DNA from: Octopus bimaculoides | Taxonomy: Eukaryota | Length of the DNA: 43,278 nt | Direction of reading: 5' to 3' | NCBI RefSeq assembly: GCF_001194135.2 | Contig: NC_068982.1 | Location: forward strand, 17,012,990 to 17,056,267 | In this document: positions 12,355 through 22,270 of the stretch, piece after piece | Numbering within the stretch: the stretch's first letter is position 1 | How the letters are laid out: each line of letters begins with the position of its first letter | Made by a program: the position numbers and the translations under genes | Notes under the pieces: generated by a model | Seen by the model: the letters and a program-made list of their open reading frames with translations, nothing else | Database searches by the model: none | What the model was told of the DNA's origin: nothing

Positions 12355-12619
12355 AATAAAGCTTCTAGTTACACATTATCCTCCATATCAATCATTTAAA
12401 CTGTACCCAACGCACTCCTAGGAATTCCAGATGTAGATCCAGCAATGAAGGCACAGTGATGCCGATGACACCTGGTAGCCATAAGTGGTGAACGTGCTCT
12501 GCAGGCACACTACTTGGGACTTACCCGAAACAAGGTTTGGATACTGTGTTTAATGCCGCCTTTCTGAACCTTAATTTTTTAAATTTTAAATTCAACTTAT
12601 ATATATACATATAAGGTTT

Positions 12620-13590
12620 TTAGAGAGGCAGTAATGAGATGTGCCTTGGAGGTATGTGGTATACAAGTAGTTGGAAAGGTAGTGAGTGGTGGAATGAGCA
12701 GGTAAGGGATGCAGTGGCAGAGAAGAAAAGGGCCTTTGAAGAGTGGTTGCGGAAGGGGGACGGAGAGGCTTATGATTGCTACAGAGAAGTGAGGAGGAGA
12801 GTAAAGAGAGTGGTGGGGGTGACAAGATGGGAGATGAGTGAACGATTCAGGAAAAAGTTTGAGTGAAAATTTTGTAAGAAATAAAAAGATGTTTTGGTAA
12901 GAGGTACAGAGGGTGAGAAAGGTGGTTGGAGGAAGGGAAGAAAAGGTGAAGAATGTAAATGGAAATTTGTTGAAAGGAAGTGAGGATGTACAAAGGAGAT
13001 GGGCAGGAGTATTTTAGTGAGCTGTTAAATGTGGAGGATGTTAGGGAGGCAAGTACAGTGGCTGTAGGAGGAGAGAGGAGAATGCTTGTTGAGGAGGTGA
13101 GGGAATTCCTGCGGAAGGTGGCAAACCGGAAGGCACCAGGTATAGATGGGTGTACAGTGGAATGCTTAAAGAAAGGGGGAGTGACCAGTGGCTTATGAAT
13201 GTTTGTTATAAGGCTGGAAGAGTATCAAAGAACTGGTGCAGTGTTTGTATAGTGCCACTGTACAAGAGGAAAAGGGATAAATGTGAGTGTGGAAATTTTA
13301 GGGGTATAAGTCTGTTGTGTGTGGTTGGTAAACTGTATGGGAGAATTCTGGTTGCTAGGGTGAGGAACTGGACAGAGGGTGTACTAGGGGAGGAGCAGTG
13401 TGGTTTTAGGAGTGGAAGGGGTTGTACAGATCAATTACTTGTAGTAAGACAGATGTGTGAGGAGTCTTTGACAAAAGGGAGCAAGGTGTATTGGGCCTTT
13501 CTGGACTTAGAGAAGGCATATGACTGAGTGGAAAGGGATGCAATGTGGCAGGTGTTGCGGTTGTATAGAATAGATAGTAGATTGCTAAGA
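12620..13590 (+). mobile_element. Degenerate RTE-like LINE, linker plus N-terminal RT
   Basis: KAPGIDG, IVPLYKRKRDKCECGNFRGISLL, EEQCGFRSGRGCTDQ, AFLDLEKAYD; cut off by a family C SINE at 13627. Confidence 0.85.
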
Positions 13591-14343
13591 GTTGTTCAGA
13601 CATACACACATACACATGCACATATATAGGCATAGACATGGCTTTGTGATAATAAGCTTGTTTCCCAACCACATGGTTCCGAGTTCAATCCCACTCTGTA
13701 GCACTTTGGGCAAGTGTCTTCTACTATAGTCTCAGGCTGACCAAAGCTTTGTGAGTGCATTTGGTAGATGGAAGCTGAAAGAAGCCTGTCGTGTGTGTGT
13801 GTGTTTATGTCTTTGTGTCTGTGTTTGCCCCCCCCCCTTCCCACTATCACCTGACAACCGATGTTGGTGTATCTACATCCCTGTAACTTAGCAGTTCGGC
13901 AAAAGAGACAGATAGAATAAGTACCAGGCTTACAAAAGATAAGTCCAGAGGTTGATTTCTTCAACTAAAAAAAAAATCCCTCAAAGGTGGTGCTCCAGCA
14001 TGACCACAGTCAAATGACTGAAATAAGTAAAAGAGTAAAAGAATATATGAGACAGGGTTCCATACAATTTCTCTCTACCAAATTCACCAATAAGGTATTG
14101 GTTGGCCCAGGGCTGTAGAAGACACTTGCATAAGATGTTATGCAGAGAGTTTGAACCCAAAAGTCCATGGTTTTAGAGCAAGCTTCTTAACCATGCAGCC
14201 ATGATAATTTTTTTAGTAAAAAATGAATTTTAATGAGTAATATTTTATCAACCAGCCTGTATATAATGTTCTCTTGAGTAATTAATTTTATAATTAAATT
14301 GCATTTTCAAATATCCTTCTAGGAATCTAATTTCTTTTTGCAG

Positions 14344-14666
14344 GTGACGCAACTCAACAACCTGTTGATAATCCACCTGGGTACTTTGAAGCAACTGGAT
14401 ACAAGACTGATTCTGGATATCCCCCACCTCCTGTATACCCCTCAGCACCTGAGTATCCACCACAACCTGGATATCCACCACAACCAGGATATCCACCACA
14501 ACCAGGATATCCACCCCAACCAGGATATCCACCCCAACCTGGATATCCACCACAATCAGGATATCCACCCCAACCTGGATATGCCCCACCACCTGGTTAC
14601 CCTTCACCTTATCCAGTGCAGCAACCACAACAGCAACCACAACAGCAGCAACAACAAACTGTTATT
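14344..14666 (+). CDS. Gene 1, exon 2: DATQQPVDNPPGYFEATGYKTDSGYPPPPVYPSAPEYPPQP(GYPPQP)n...GYAPPPGYPSPYPVQQPQQQPQQQQQQTVI
   Basis: Polypyrimidine tract + CAG acceptor (14341-14343), a 323-nt stop-free frame with tandem GGA TAT CCA CCA CAA CCx codons varying at wobble positions, and a phase-0 donor ATT|gtaagg at 14667. The ORF track shows only the wrong frames. Confidence 0.9.
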
Positions 14667-15187
14667 GTAAGGAAATATTTTTTTTCTTTTCATTTCAATT
14701 TTTACTGTTCTACACCGATATACCTTAAACTGAGATCTTACGCTTAGCTGGTTTCCTATACTAGGAAATCATCTTTAATCAATCATATCATCATATCAAG
14801 CACAATACATATTTTTCTCAAGCATTTATTTTATCAGTCTTTATTTATCAAATGACTAAGTTATCTTAGTCACTTGAAAAGATATAGAAGATTCAGATGA
14901 AATTCAGATGCAAAATTGCATTTCACAACAGTAAAAATTATTTTACCACCATCACCAAATGATGATGATGACAATGTGCATATATCATCATCATCATTTA
15001 ACATCCGTTTTCTCTACTGGCATGTGTTGGACAGTTTCACAGGAGCTGGTAAGGCAAGGAGCCATCAATCTGCATTGTTTGTTTTGTAATGGTTTCTTTA
15101 ACTAGACACACTTCCTAATGCCAATGACTTTACAGAGCATTTTGGGTGCTTTTTATGTGGTACCAGTACTGATAGGGTCCAGATATG

Positions 15188-15223
<36 letters not shown>

Positions 15224-15775
15224 GGTATCATCATCATCATCATTATTTAATGTCTGTTTTCCATGCTGGCATGGGTTGGATGGTTTGACAGGAGCTGCCA
15301 GCTGGAGAGCAGCCTGGGTTCCATGTCGGTTTGGTATGGTTTCTACGGCTGGATGCTCTTCCTAACATCAACCACTTTACAAATGTGCTCTCACACAGCA
15401 CCAGCACAAGTGCTTCTAAATGGCACCAGCAAGGCTGCTCTTTAACTGGTACCAGCACCCATGAGCTTGCAAGATTAGGAAAGCTCAGCTGAAGACGCAG
15501 GGGACATATCAGTATGCAAGGACAAACATGCAATATTTACTTAACTTGACTTGTCTTTTCAAGCACAGCAAACTGACAGAAGTCTTGGTCCCCTGCCATC
15601 CCCTCATTTGAAGATCTTTTCTCACCACTTTGTCCCACATCTTCTTCAGTCTACCCCTTCCACGTATTCTCTCCACAATCAGAGCTCAGCACTTCCTAAT
15701 GCATTTGTCTACATTCATACATATTATATGACTGTACCAATGCAGTCTTCTCTGTTATGCATCCTAAAAAAGTGC

Positions 15776-15968
15776 AGCACAAGCTGCACTGAATGGGCAG
15801 GTACATTGTCATGGTGCAATTTCCACTCACCAGATGCATGCAATTGTGGCTTTTTCTGATGAGCAGCATCCCACAAGCGCCACAAAACATCACAGTAGCA
15901 CTCCTTGTTTACTGTCTGACCAGGGGGAGCATACTTATGATGAACAATCCCCTTGTAGTCGAAGAAGG
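15776..15968 (-). mobile_element. mariner (DD34D-type) transposase fragment
   Basis: FFDYKGIVHHKYAPPGQTVNKECYCDVLWRL...WKLHHDNVPAH matches the mariner catalytic-domain region around the HDNAPxH motif. Confidence 0.85.
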
Positions 15969-16586
15969 CTTTGGTCGGACTGAGGCTATAGTAGAAGACA
16001 CTTGCGCAAGGTGTCACACAGTGGGACTGAACCCATCAGACCTCATCTATCAAGACCCGAAGTTCTTAAAATAACAAATAATACCAGCTCCCTATCACCA
16101 CCACCACTCCTACCTTTCAAAGCTATTACTGAAATTTGTTCTCACATCACCACCCCACTCTCTACTTATTTGTTGATGAAAATACAAAATCATTTTTTCA
16201 TCCATATAATTCTTTCTTCACTATGATGTTTTGACTAGTTTAAAGATTTTTGAAACCATCTTTTTATTAAATATGGCAGTTTATTAGCCTCGTTCTCAAT
16301 CTTCACAACCTCCTTACAAATAACATAGGATTAGAGCACAATGGTTGAGTTGTACTGTAATGTGTCTTGGAGTAAACTCCTAAGATGGCATGGACATTGG
16401 TAGGTAATTTCCAAAGAAGCACCTTGACAAGTTTCTTTCTATGATTTTAGAAATTAGGGTGAAATTTCTATTGGTGTGAAATTATGATGCTATGTATGAG
16501 TTGTAAATATATGACAATATGTCTGCTGTTGTTGCGTTTTATTAACATATTTCAAATATAAACTAACTTTTATTTCTATCTTGTAG

Positions 16587-16718
16587 GTAAACTCAATGCC
16601 CCAAAGTGGAGTAGTGGTTAACAACAATATGGGAAGACGTTCCAAAACGTTCATTATTCTTGCTTTTTGTATCGTCCTGTTTGTCATCATAATGGTAGTA
16701 ATAATAGGCGGAATCTAA
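16587..16718 (+). CDS. Gene 1, terminal exon: VNSMPQSGVVVNNNMGRRSKTFIILAFCIVLFVIIMVVIIGGI* (C-terminal TM helix)
   Basis: ACTAAC branch point (16562), pyrimidine tract, TAG acceptor at 16584-16586. Phase 0 matches exon 2. A ~20-residue hydrophobic run follows basic RRSK, then TAA at 16716-16718. Total CDS 465 nt = 154 aa + stop. Confidence 0.85.
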   Translation, partial: VNSMPQSGVVVNNNMGRRSKTFIILAFCIVLFVIIMVVIIGGI

Positions 16719-16827
16719 ACATACAACGTAAAACAATTATTAGATGGAATTTTTCATTGAATTGTTTGTTTTTTGTAGGGATGGGTGTTGTTTTTGTTTG
16801 TTTTTTTTACCTATTTTCCTCTAATTT

Positions 16828-16833
16828 AATAAA
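16828..16833 (+). promoter_or_regulatory. Candidate proximal polyadenylation signal of gene 1 (AATAAA); alternative at 18042-18047
   Basis: AATAAA lies 110 nt after the stop. The second AATAAA at 18042 is followed by GT-rich sequence. No transcript evidence. Confidence 0.35.
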
Positions 16834-18311
16834 ATATTAAGAAAGGGTGTTTAAGACTCTAGCATTTAAACCAGCCAAAATATTCTCCTTGCTTTATTTC
16901 AAGCTAACCAGATCTGGCCTCTCAAACAACAATGTCTATAATATCATTCTAAAAATAAGCAATCATGAAGTCTCGTGAGACAAGGCCTGTTCTGCTTAAA
17001 TGCAACTGTAAATACTGTAAAATTTTAAATAAATTGTTACTTTCACTGTTTGAAGTGGAGATTGACATGAAACCAACATGGCTTCAACAAGTAGTGATTC
17101 TGGCTTTTGAAGGATTTACACTTGATGACTTAGAAGTTGTAGAAGACAAAAAGAAAAGAACAGTGGCTTGTTTTTGGATGAATCAGATATAGCTCTTTCA
17201 GAATGTTTATCCTATAAGGAAGAGTATTTTGATAGTGAAAGTAGTGAAAATCTCCTGGACACCATTCAAAATTATATTCCAAAATGACTGAACAATAAAC
17301 ACCTATTCATATTACCAGTTTCATTGAAAATACTAGTCCACAACAGAGGCTAACTCTCAAAGTTCAACCCTTAAACTATTCATTTTTATTTTTACCACAA
17401 GCTTTCTTAAAAACTGCTGCAGAAGAAAGAAACCAATATGCCAAGCAAGTTCTTACTGCTCTTGGAACATCTTACCTATTATGGTGACCCACAGACACTG
17501 TTAAAATCTGAGTGACTTTTATCTTACATGTTACTAGCAGAAAGACTACTCAAAAAGTCTGTTAGATGCTAAATAATATTGACATATTTGATTCCCAATC
17601 TGTGTATTTTTTTCTATTTTACTTTTGATTTTCTTTTCATATTTTTTTATCCATGGAATAGTACTCATTCACTTGGAAAATATTTCTTTCATTATTTTAT
17701 TAAAAAAAAATACTCAAAGGTGGTCCATCCTCTACATGGTCATTAATTATACCAGAAATAGCAAGCATCATGTGGGTATATTCATAGGTGTATACCATAC
17801 CAAAAATTCATACCATCAAATCTTCCCCCTTTTTTTTTTTTTTTTTTTTGCAAAATCATGCTGGTGTTGGAATTTCAGATTATCCCTTTCAGCTGACTTC
17901 CCTTTCAAGGTAAGTGGGACCTAGGACAAAATCTATTTAAAATCACCCTCAGGGGTAATTTGAAATCAATATCATCCTACTCTCTATGATTTCAAATTAC
18001 CCCTTCAATTCCTTCCCCAAATATTCACCACCTTGGTGGCAAATAAAGTGTGTCTTCTGTGTGTACATGTATGTAATAGGTACATACGCGTTAATTGCAG
18101 AGAAGGAGTTTTAAACATCCTCTTAGTTTTAAAAGAATTTCATTTAAAGTATATAAATATATTTTTTGTATAATAATCGTTTGCATATCCTTTATTTTGT
18201 ACATAGATATGTTTCATTTGCATTTATTTAAAATATATATATATATTAATATGTTTTGTTTTGTATGATGTATATTTTTATCATTAGTTTGTTATTTTTT
18301 TAAAAATGGCT

Positions 18312-18648
18312 AAAGGGAAAATAGGAAAGCTTTTGACAATGTGGAACGTTTAACAAAAGCTTTATATTTCAGGCACAAAGGCCCATTCTCAGAAGGAAAA
18401 CAGTCTGGGAAATGTTAGGTTCCATTAACCCATTCCAGCATTATGTTAGCAACAGTCATTCTGGGAAATTTGAATGAATGACTGCTCCTAATAATGTAAC
18501 ACTGAGGGATTTGAATGGGTTAATGGAACTTGTATAGCTAGACATTTCCCAGACTGTTTTTTTTTTTCTGAGGATTGGCCTTTGAAGCTGAAATATAAAG
18601 GTTTGGTAAAATTTTACACTTTGTCAGAAGCTTTCCTATTTTGCCTTT
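18312..18648. repeat. Long imperfect inverted repeat (fold-back), arms ~18312-18435 and ~18513-18648
   Basis: By-eye alignment of the left arm with the reverse complement of the right arm gives roughly 80% identity; the inner region also partly pairs. Confidence 0.85.
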
Positions 18649-18663
18649 GTCCTTTCTCCAGTA

Positions 18664-18877
18664 TTCTTTTCTACTCTAGGTACAAGGCCCAAAATTTTTG
18701 AGGAAGGGGCCAGTTGATTAGATCAACCCCCAGTTCACAACTGGTACTTAATTTATTGAACCTGAAAGGATGAAAGGTAAAGTCGACCTTGGCGGAATTT
18801 GAACTCAGAACGTAAAGACAGACGAAATACCGCTAAGCATTTCCCCCGACGTACTAACGTTTCTGCCAGCTCGCTCC
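18664..18877 (-). mobile_element. tRNA-derived SINE family E (central GTCGACTTTRCCTTTCATCCTTT...TAAATTAAGTACCAG domain)
   Basis: The minus strand reads agcgagctggcagaaacgttag...gagttcaaattcc (B-box)...gtcgactttacctttcatcc. Related fragments at ~7680-7730, 32160-32240, 37240-37325, 41680-41830, 42330-42400. Resemblance of the central domain to Deu/Nin-type SINE domains is from memory and unverified. Confidence 0.7.
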
Positions 18878-19111
18878 CTTTCCTTTCTCCAATATTACAA
18901 TCCTCCAAGCGAACTACAATGCTCTTATTTAAAAAAGAAAATGTTTTCATTTAAAAACAATTGCAGATTCAGAATCTTTGATGTACAAAGTGTTTTTTAA
19001 AGGTTTCATAAAAATATTTAGGGATGTATTGAAAAAAATACATTATAAAAAGCTTACTGTTGGTTTTAAGATATGTGATTGCATATCTCATTTCTTTTCT
19101 ATTGACATATA

Positions 19112-19327
19112 CGAAGGGGTACTGAAAAGTCCCTGGCTTTGGATAAAAGAAAATACAGGAGGATCAGTTATTTATAATTTTATTCAACGTATTACTCTCT
19201 CAAATTCACACACTTATTGCAGTGGCCCTTCAGTTTTTCTAAGCCCTGTAAAAGAACTCAAAAGGTTGGGCCTCCAACTAGACCTTTTGTGATACCCTTA
19301 AAGCAGGAACTTTTTAGCACCCCCTGG
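19112..19327. mobile_element. mariner-type MITE, 216 bp, ~28-bp imperfect TIRs, TA TSD
   Basis: TA|CGAAGGGGTACTGAAAAGTCCCTG at the left; the right end reverse-complements to TA|CCAGGGGGTGCTAAAAAGTTCCTG. Confidence 0.8.
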
Positions 19328-19753
19328 TATATTTGTACATTTTAGTATTAATAATCTATATAAGTATACAACCATGGATGTACAGAGATAGAAAGTGGTA
19401 TTTTTTAATTCCTTCTCATCATATGAACCACAATAACATTAACAGTGGAGGTTTCAGTAAAGGAATTAGCTATCGAAAATATATAAATAAAAAAGAGATA
19501 GAAAGAGAGAGAGAGAGAGAAGACTGTACGAAATTAAAAATGCTTTTTTGCAGTTTAAGATTTGGAAAAAATGTTTACAGTGAATTAAAAACAAACTTAT
19601 AAACCATATTTTGATTTTAAATATATTAAAATTGGAATGTTTAAGAATTTTCAAGACAATGGAGACTTTAATGGTTGCTTTCTTTTAGTAGAAGTTACAT
19701 AATTTCAACTAATTAACAAGCAGCTTTCTGTATTATCATATAGATGTTTTGGT

Positions 19754-20141
19754 GTGGAGGCGCAATGGCCCAGTGGTTAGGGTATCAGACTCACGGTTAT
19801 AGGATCACAGTTTCGATTCCCAGACTGGGCGTTGTGAGTGTTTATTGAGCGAAAACACCTAAAGCTCCATGAGGCTCCAGCATGGGGATGGTGGCGAACC
19901 CTGCTGTACTCTTCCACCACAACTTTCTCTCACTCTTACTTCCTGTTTCTGTTGTGCCTGTAATTCAAAGGGCCAGCCATGTCACACTGCGTCATGCTGA
20001 ATATCCCCGAGAACTACGTTAAGGGTACGCGTGTCTGTGGAGTTCTCAGCCACTTGCACGTTAATTTCACGAGCAGGCTGTTCCATTGATTGGATTAACT
20101 GGAACCCTCGACGTCATAAGCGATGGAGTGCCAACATACAT
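19754..20141 (+). mobile_element. tRNA-derived SINE family B, full length, 16-bp TSD
   Basis: Head ggaggcgcaatggcccagtggttaggg...gtttcgattccc. ATATAGATGTTTTGGT is duplicated at 19738-19753 and 20142-20157. Confidence 0.85.
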
Positions 20142-20673
20142 ATATAGATGTTTTGGTATAAAGCAATTCCTAAGGCTGTGAAATACTGGAACCAAGTTAT
20201 AAGGTGTAGTGACCGTAATGTATCAAGTATTAGGCCTGAAGCCAAGCCAGGTTTTTAAAATTAAATTAATATTTGAACCTGAGTGACACTTCTAATGCCA
20301 TTCTGAGTGACACTTCTAATGCAGAAATGGAACAAATTACAATTCTTTGTACAAGGTGCATCCAGTGCTTCACTTGAATCTGAGAAGGGAAAAAAAATCT
20401 TTGTTGAAGAAGTAATGATAGGTTATAGAAATAGCTTACATTTCCAGCAATGCAAACCAATCAAACCCACCAAATGGAGTATCAAGACTTGGGAGGTTTG
20501 TGGATCAGACACAAGCTACTGTGAAAACTTCGATGTTTACTTGGGTAAAAACATGATGGAGAGATACAAAATGGATCAAGATATGTTGTTATCTGAGCCC
20601 TTTCACCATCAACACAGACATTTTGTATTTTGATTGTTTTTTTTTTTTCCTTAGTGGTTTTGACAGAACTCCT

Positions 20674-20837
20674 AGGCGTAGGAGTGGCTGTGTGGTAAGT
20701 AGCTTGCTTACGAACCACATGGTTCCTGATTCAGTCCCACTGAGTGGCGCCTTGGGCAAGTGTCTTCTACTATAGCCTCGAACTGACCAAAGCCTTGTGA
20801 GTGGATTTGGTAGACGGAAACTGAAAGAAGCCCATCG

Positions 20838-20874
<37 letters not shown>

Positions 20875-21052
20875 GTGTGTGTGTGTTTGTGTGTCTGTGT
20901 TTGTCCCTCCAACATCGCTTGACAACCGATGCTGGTGTGTTTACGTAACCGTAACTTAGCAGTTCAGCAAAAGAGACCAATTTGCTTGACTAAAGGCGGT
21001 GCTCCAGCATGGCCGCAGTCAAATGACTGAAGCAAGTAAAAGAATAAAAGAA
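20674..21052 (+). mobile_element. Abundant composite SINE family C (aggagtggctgtgtggtaag...(TA/TG)n...gctccagcatggccgcagtcaaatgactg), representative copy
   Basis: At least 14 copies or fragments by eye. Plus strand: ~8853-9091, 10781-11129, 13627-14044, 24419-24752, 26923-27364, 38070-38115. Minus strand: ~14055-14203, 15966-16035, 23452-23830, 26545-26885, 36240-36570, 38880-38990, 42934-43278. Most short ORFs in the track map onto these. Confidence 0.85.
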
Positions 21053-21269
21053 CATCTTAGTGAAAACATACACCTGCAGTATGATAATGGACAATTGCAA
21101 AGGAAATAAAATCTACAAAACAGAAACAAGAGAAGTGGCATTCTCCAGATGCAAAAAAGAAACAGTGTAGTCACTTCTTACAATGTCAATCAACAAATTT
21201 TACTCTTGACTTCCAGTCAGCTAGATGTTGGTGCTGTAGGTAAACCCATTGTAAATATTTCATGGTGAT

Positions 21270-21606
21270 ACATAAAAAGCACCCATTGAACTTTGGACCT
21301 TACGGAGGCAGTAACAAGTGACCAAGACCTTTGATAATATACTGTGCTTGAGAAGACCTGTGAAGCCAAGTGAGATTGCAGTCATGGCTGATGATGGTGT
21401 TTCATAACTGGCATCTATACCAGTGGCATGTGAAAGGTACTCTTAGAGTGGTTGGTGTTAGGAAGGGCATCCAACTGTAGAAACCATACCAAATCAGAGT
21501 GGAACCTGGTGCAGCTCCCCATCTTACCAGTTTTCAGTCAAACCATCTTACCCATGCCAGCATAAAAATCTGACATTAAATGATGATGATGATGATGATG
21601 ATGATG
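21270..21606 (+). mobile_element. 5'-truncated RTE 3' end with (TGA)n tail (family D), representative copy
   Basis: ...gtgcttgagaagacc (end of the RTE ORF, cf. 3060-3090)...gttaggaagggcatcca...acccatgccagcat...aaa(tga)n. Other copies: + 9312-9499, 9661-9911, 24172-24332; - ~14986-15180, 15228-15640. Confidence 0.75.
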
Positions 21607-21991
21607 TTCATGGCTAGGGTTGATAATTTTGACCTTTATCATGAGTATTACCCAGTTGAACATCCTGGAAAGAAATGGTGGAGATATATTTTGTGGGTTT
21701 TAGTCAATTTAACTAGAATGAATGAATTCTTTCATTGTGTACATGAAAAGCCACAAGGTATTGTCATCACCAAAAGATTAGTCATTTCAAATTTCATACT
21801 GACGTTGCATTTCAGTTCCATGGAGGCTACCCTTCCGAAAGGCATAGAACTGTGGATATAAACAAGGAGACTGACTTCTGTAAGATTAAAATGATAAATG
21901 GTAGGAAAGAAGTGTGTAGATAGTGCCCATTGCAAAAGAGAAGATTATCAAATAGAAACTCATTTTATGAGATTTATTTTGTAAAATACCA

Positions 21992-22063
21992 CAGGCATAT
22001 GGTGTAGTGGTTAAGAGCACGGGCTACTAATGCCAAGATTCCGAGTTCGATTCCAAGCAGTAA

Positions 22064-22098
<35 letters not shown>

Positions 22099-22270
22099 TC
22101 GAAAAATACCTTAGGAATGAGAACCCAGTTTCAAAATTTCCCCAAGACACCTGATGAAGGCTGGAGGGTATATCAGCCGAAACATTGCATTAACAACAAA
22201 CAAGATGAGGACAAATATCCGTCAAATGTAAATAATGTACATAATTCCTCACCTCTTAAATATAGAACTG
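21992..22270 (+). mobile_element. tRNA-derived SINE with an internal (AAT)n tract and a hammerhead-containing 3' region
   Basis: A-box TGGTGTAGTGG 22000-22010, B-box GAGTTCGATTCC 22043-22054, (AAT)n 22068-22096, hammerhead-like motif 22146-22190. Confidence 0.7.
22146..22190 (+). ncRNA. Degenerate hammerhead motif in the 3' part of a tRNA-headed SINE
   Basis: GACAC CTGATGA A GGCTG-gagggtatat-CAGCC GAAA cattgcat. The core and a 5-bp stem II are perfect (one extra A after the core). Stem III and the cleavage-side strand are mutated; transitions from ACGT-T-GTGTT would explain this (inference). Confidence 0.55.

Larger units (their letters stand above)
20200..21990 (+). mobile_element. Fossil piggyBac transposase, split by later SINE and RTE-tail insertions
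   Basis: IFVEEVMIGYRNSLHFQQCKPIKPTKWSIKTWEVCGSDTSYCENFDVYLGK (~20390-20550) and VDNFDLYHEYYPVEHPGKKWWRYILW (~21620-21700) resemble PGBD motifs. Interrupted at 20674-21052 and 21270-21606. Confidence 0.7.

Noticed and set aside
14248-14670. Track ORFs 14248-14640 (-) and 14338-14670 (+)
   Set aside because: They are shadow frames of the GYPPQP exon; only the third + frame fits the splice sites and gives a coherent protein.
22000-22060. tRNA-like sequences at SINE heads (also 700, 19760, 23920, 35615, 40000)
   Set aside because: A/B boxes are present but there is no complete cloverleaf, and each continues into SINE body; not tRNA genes.
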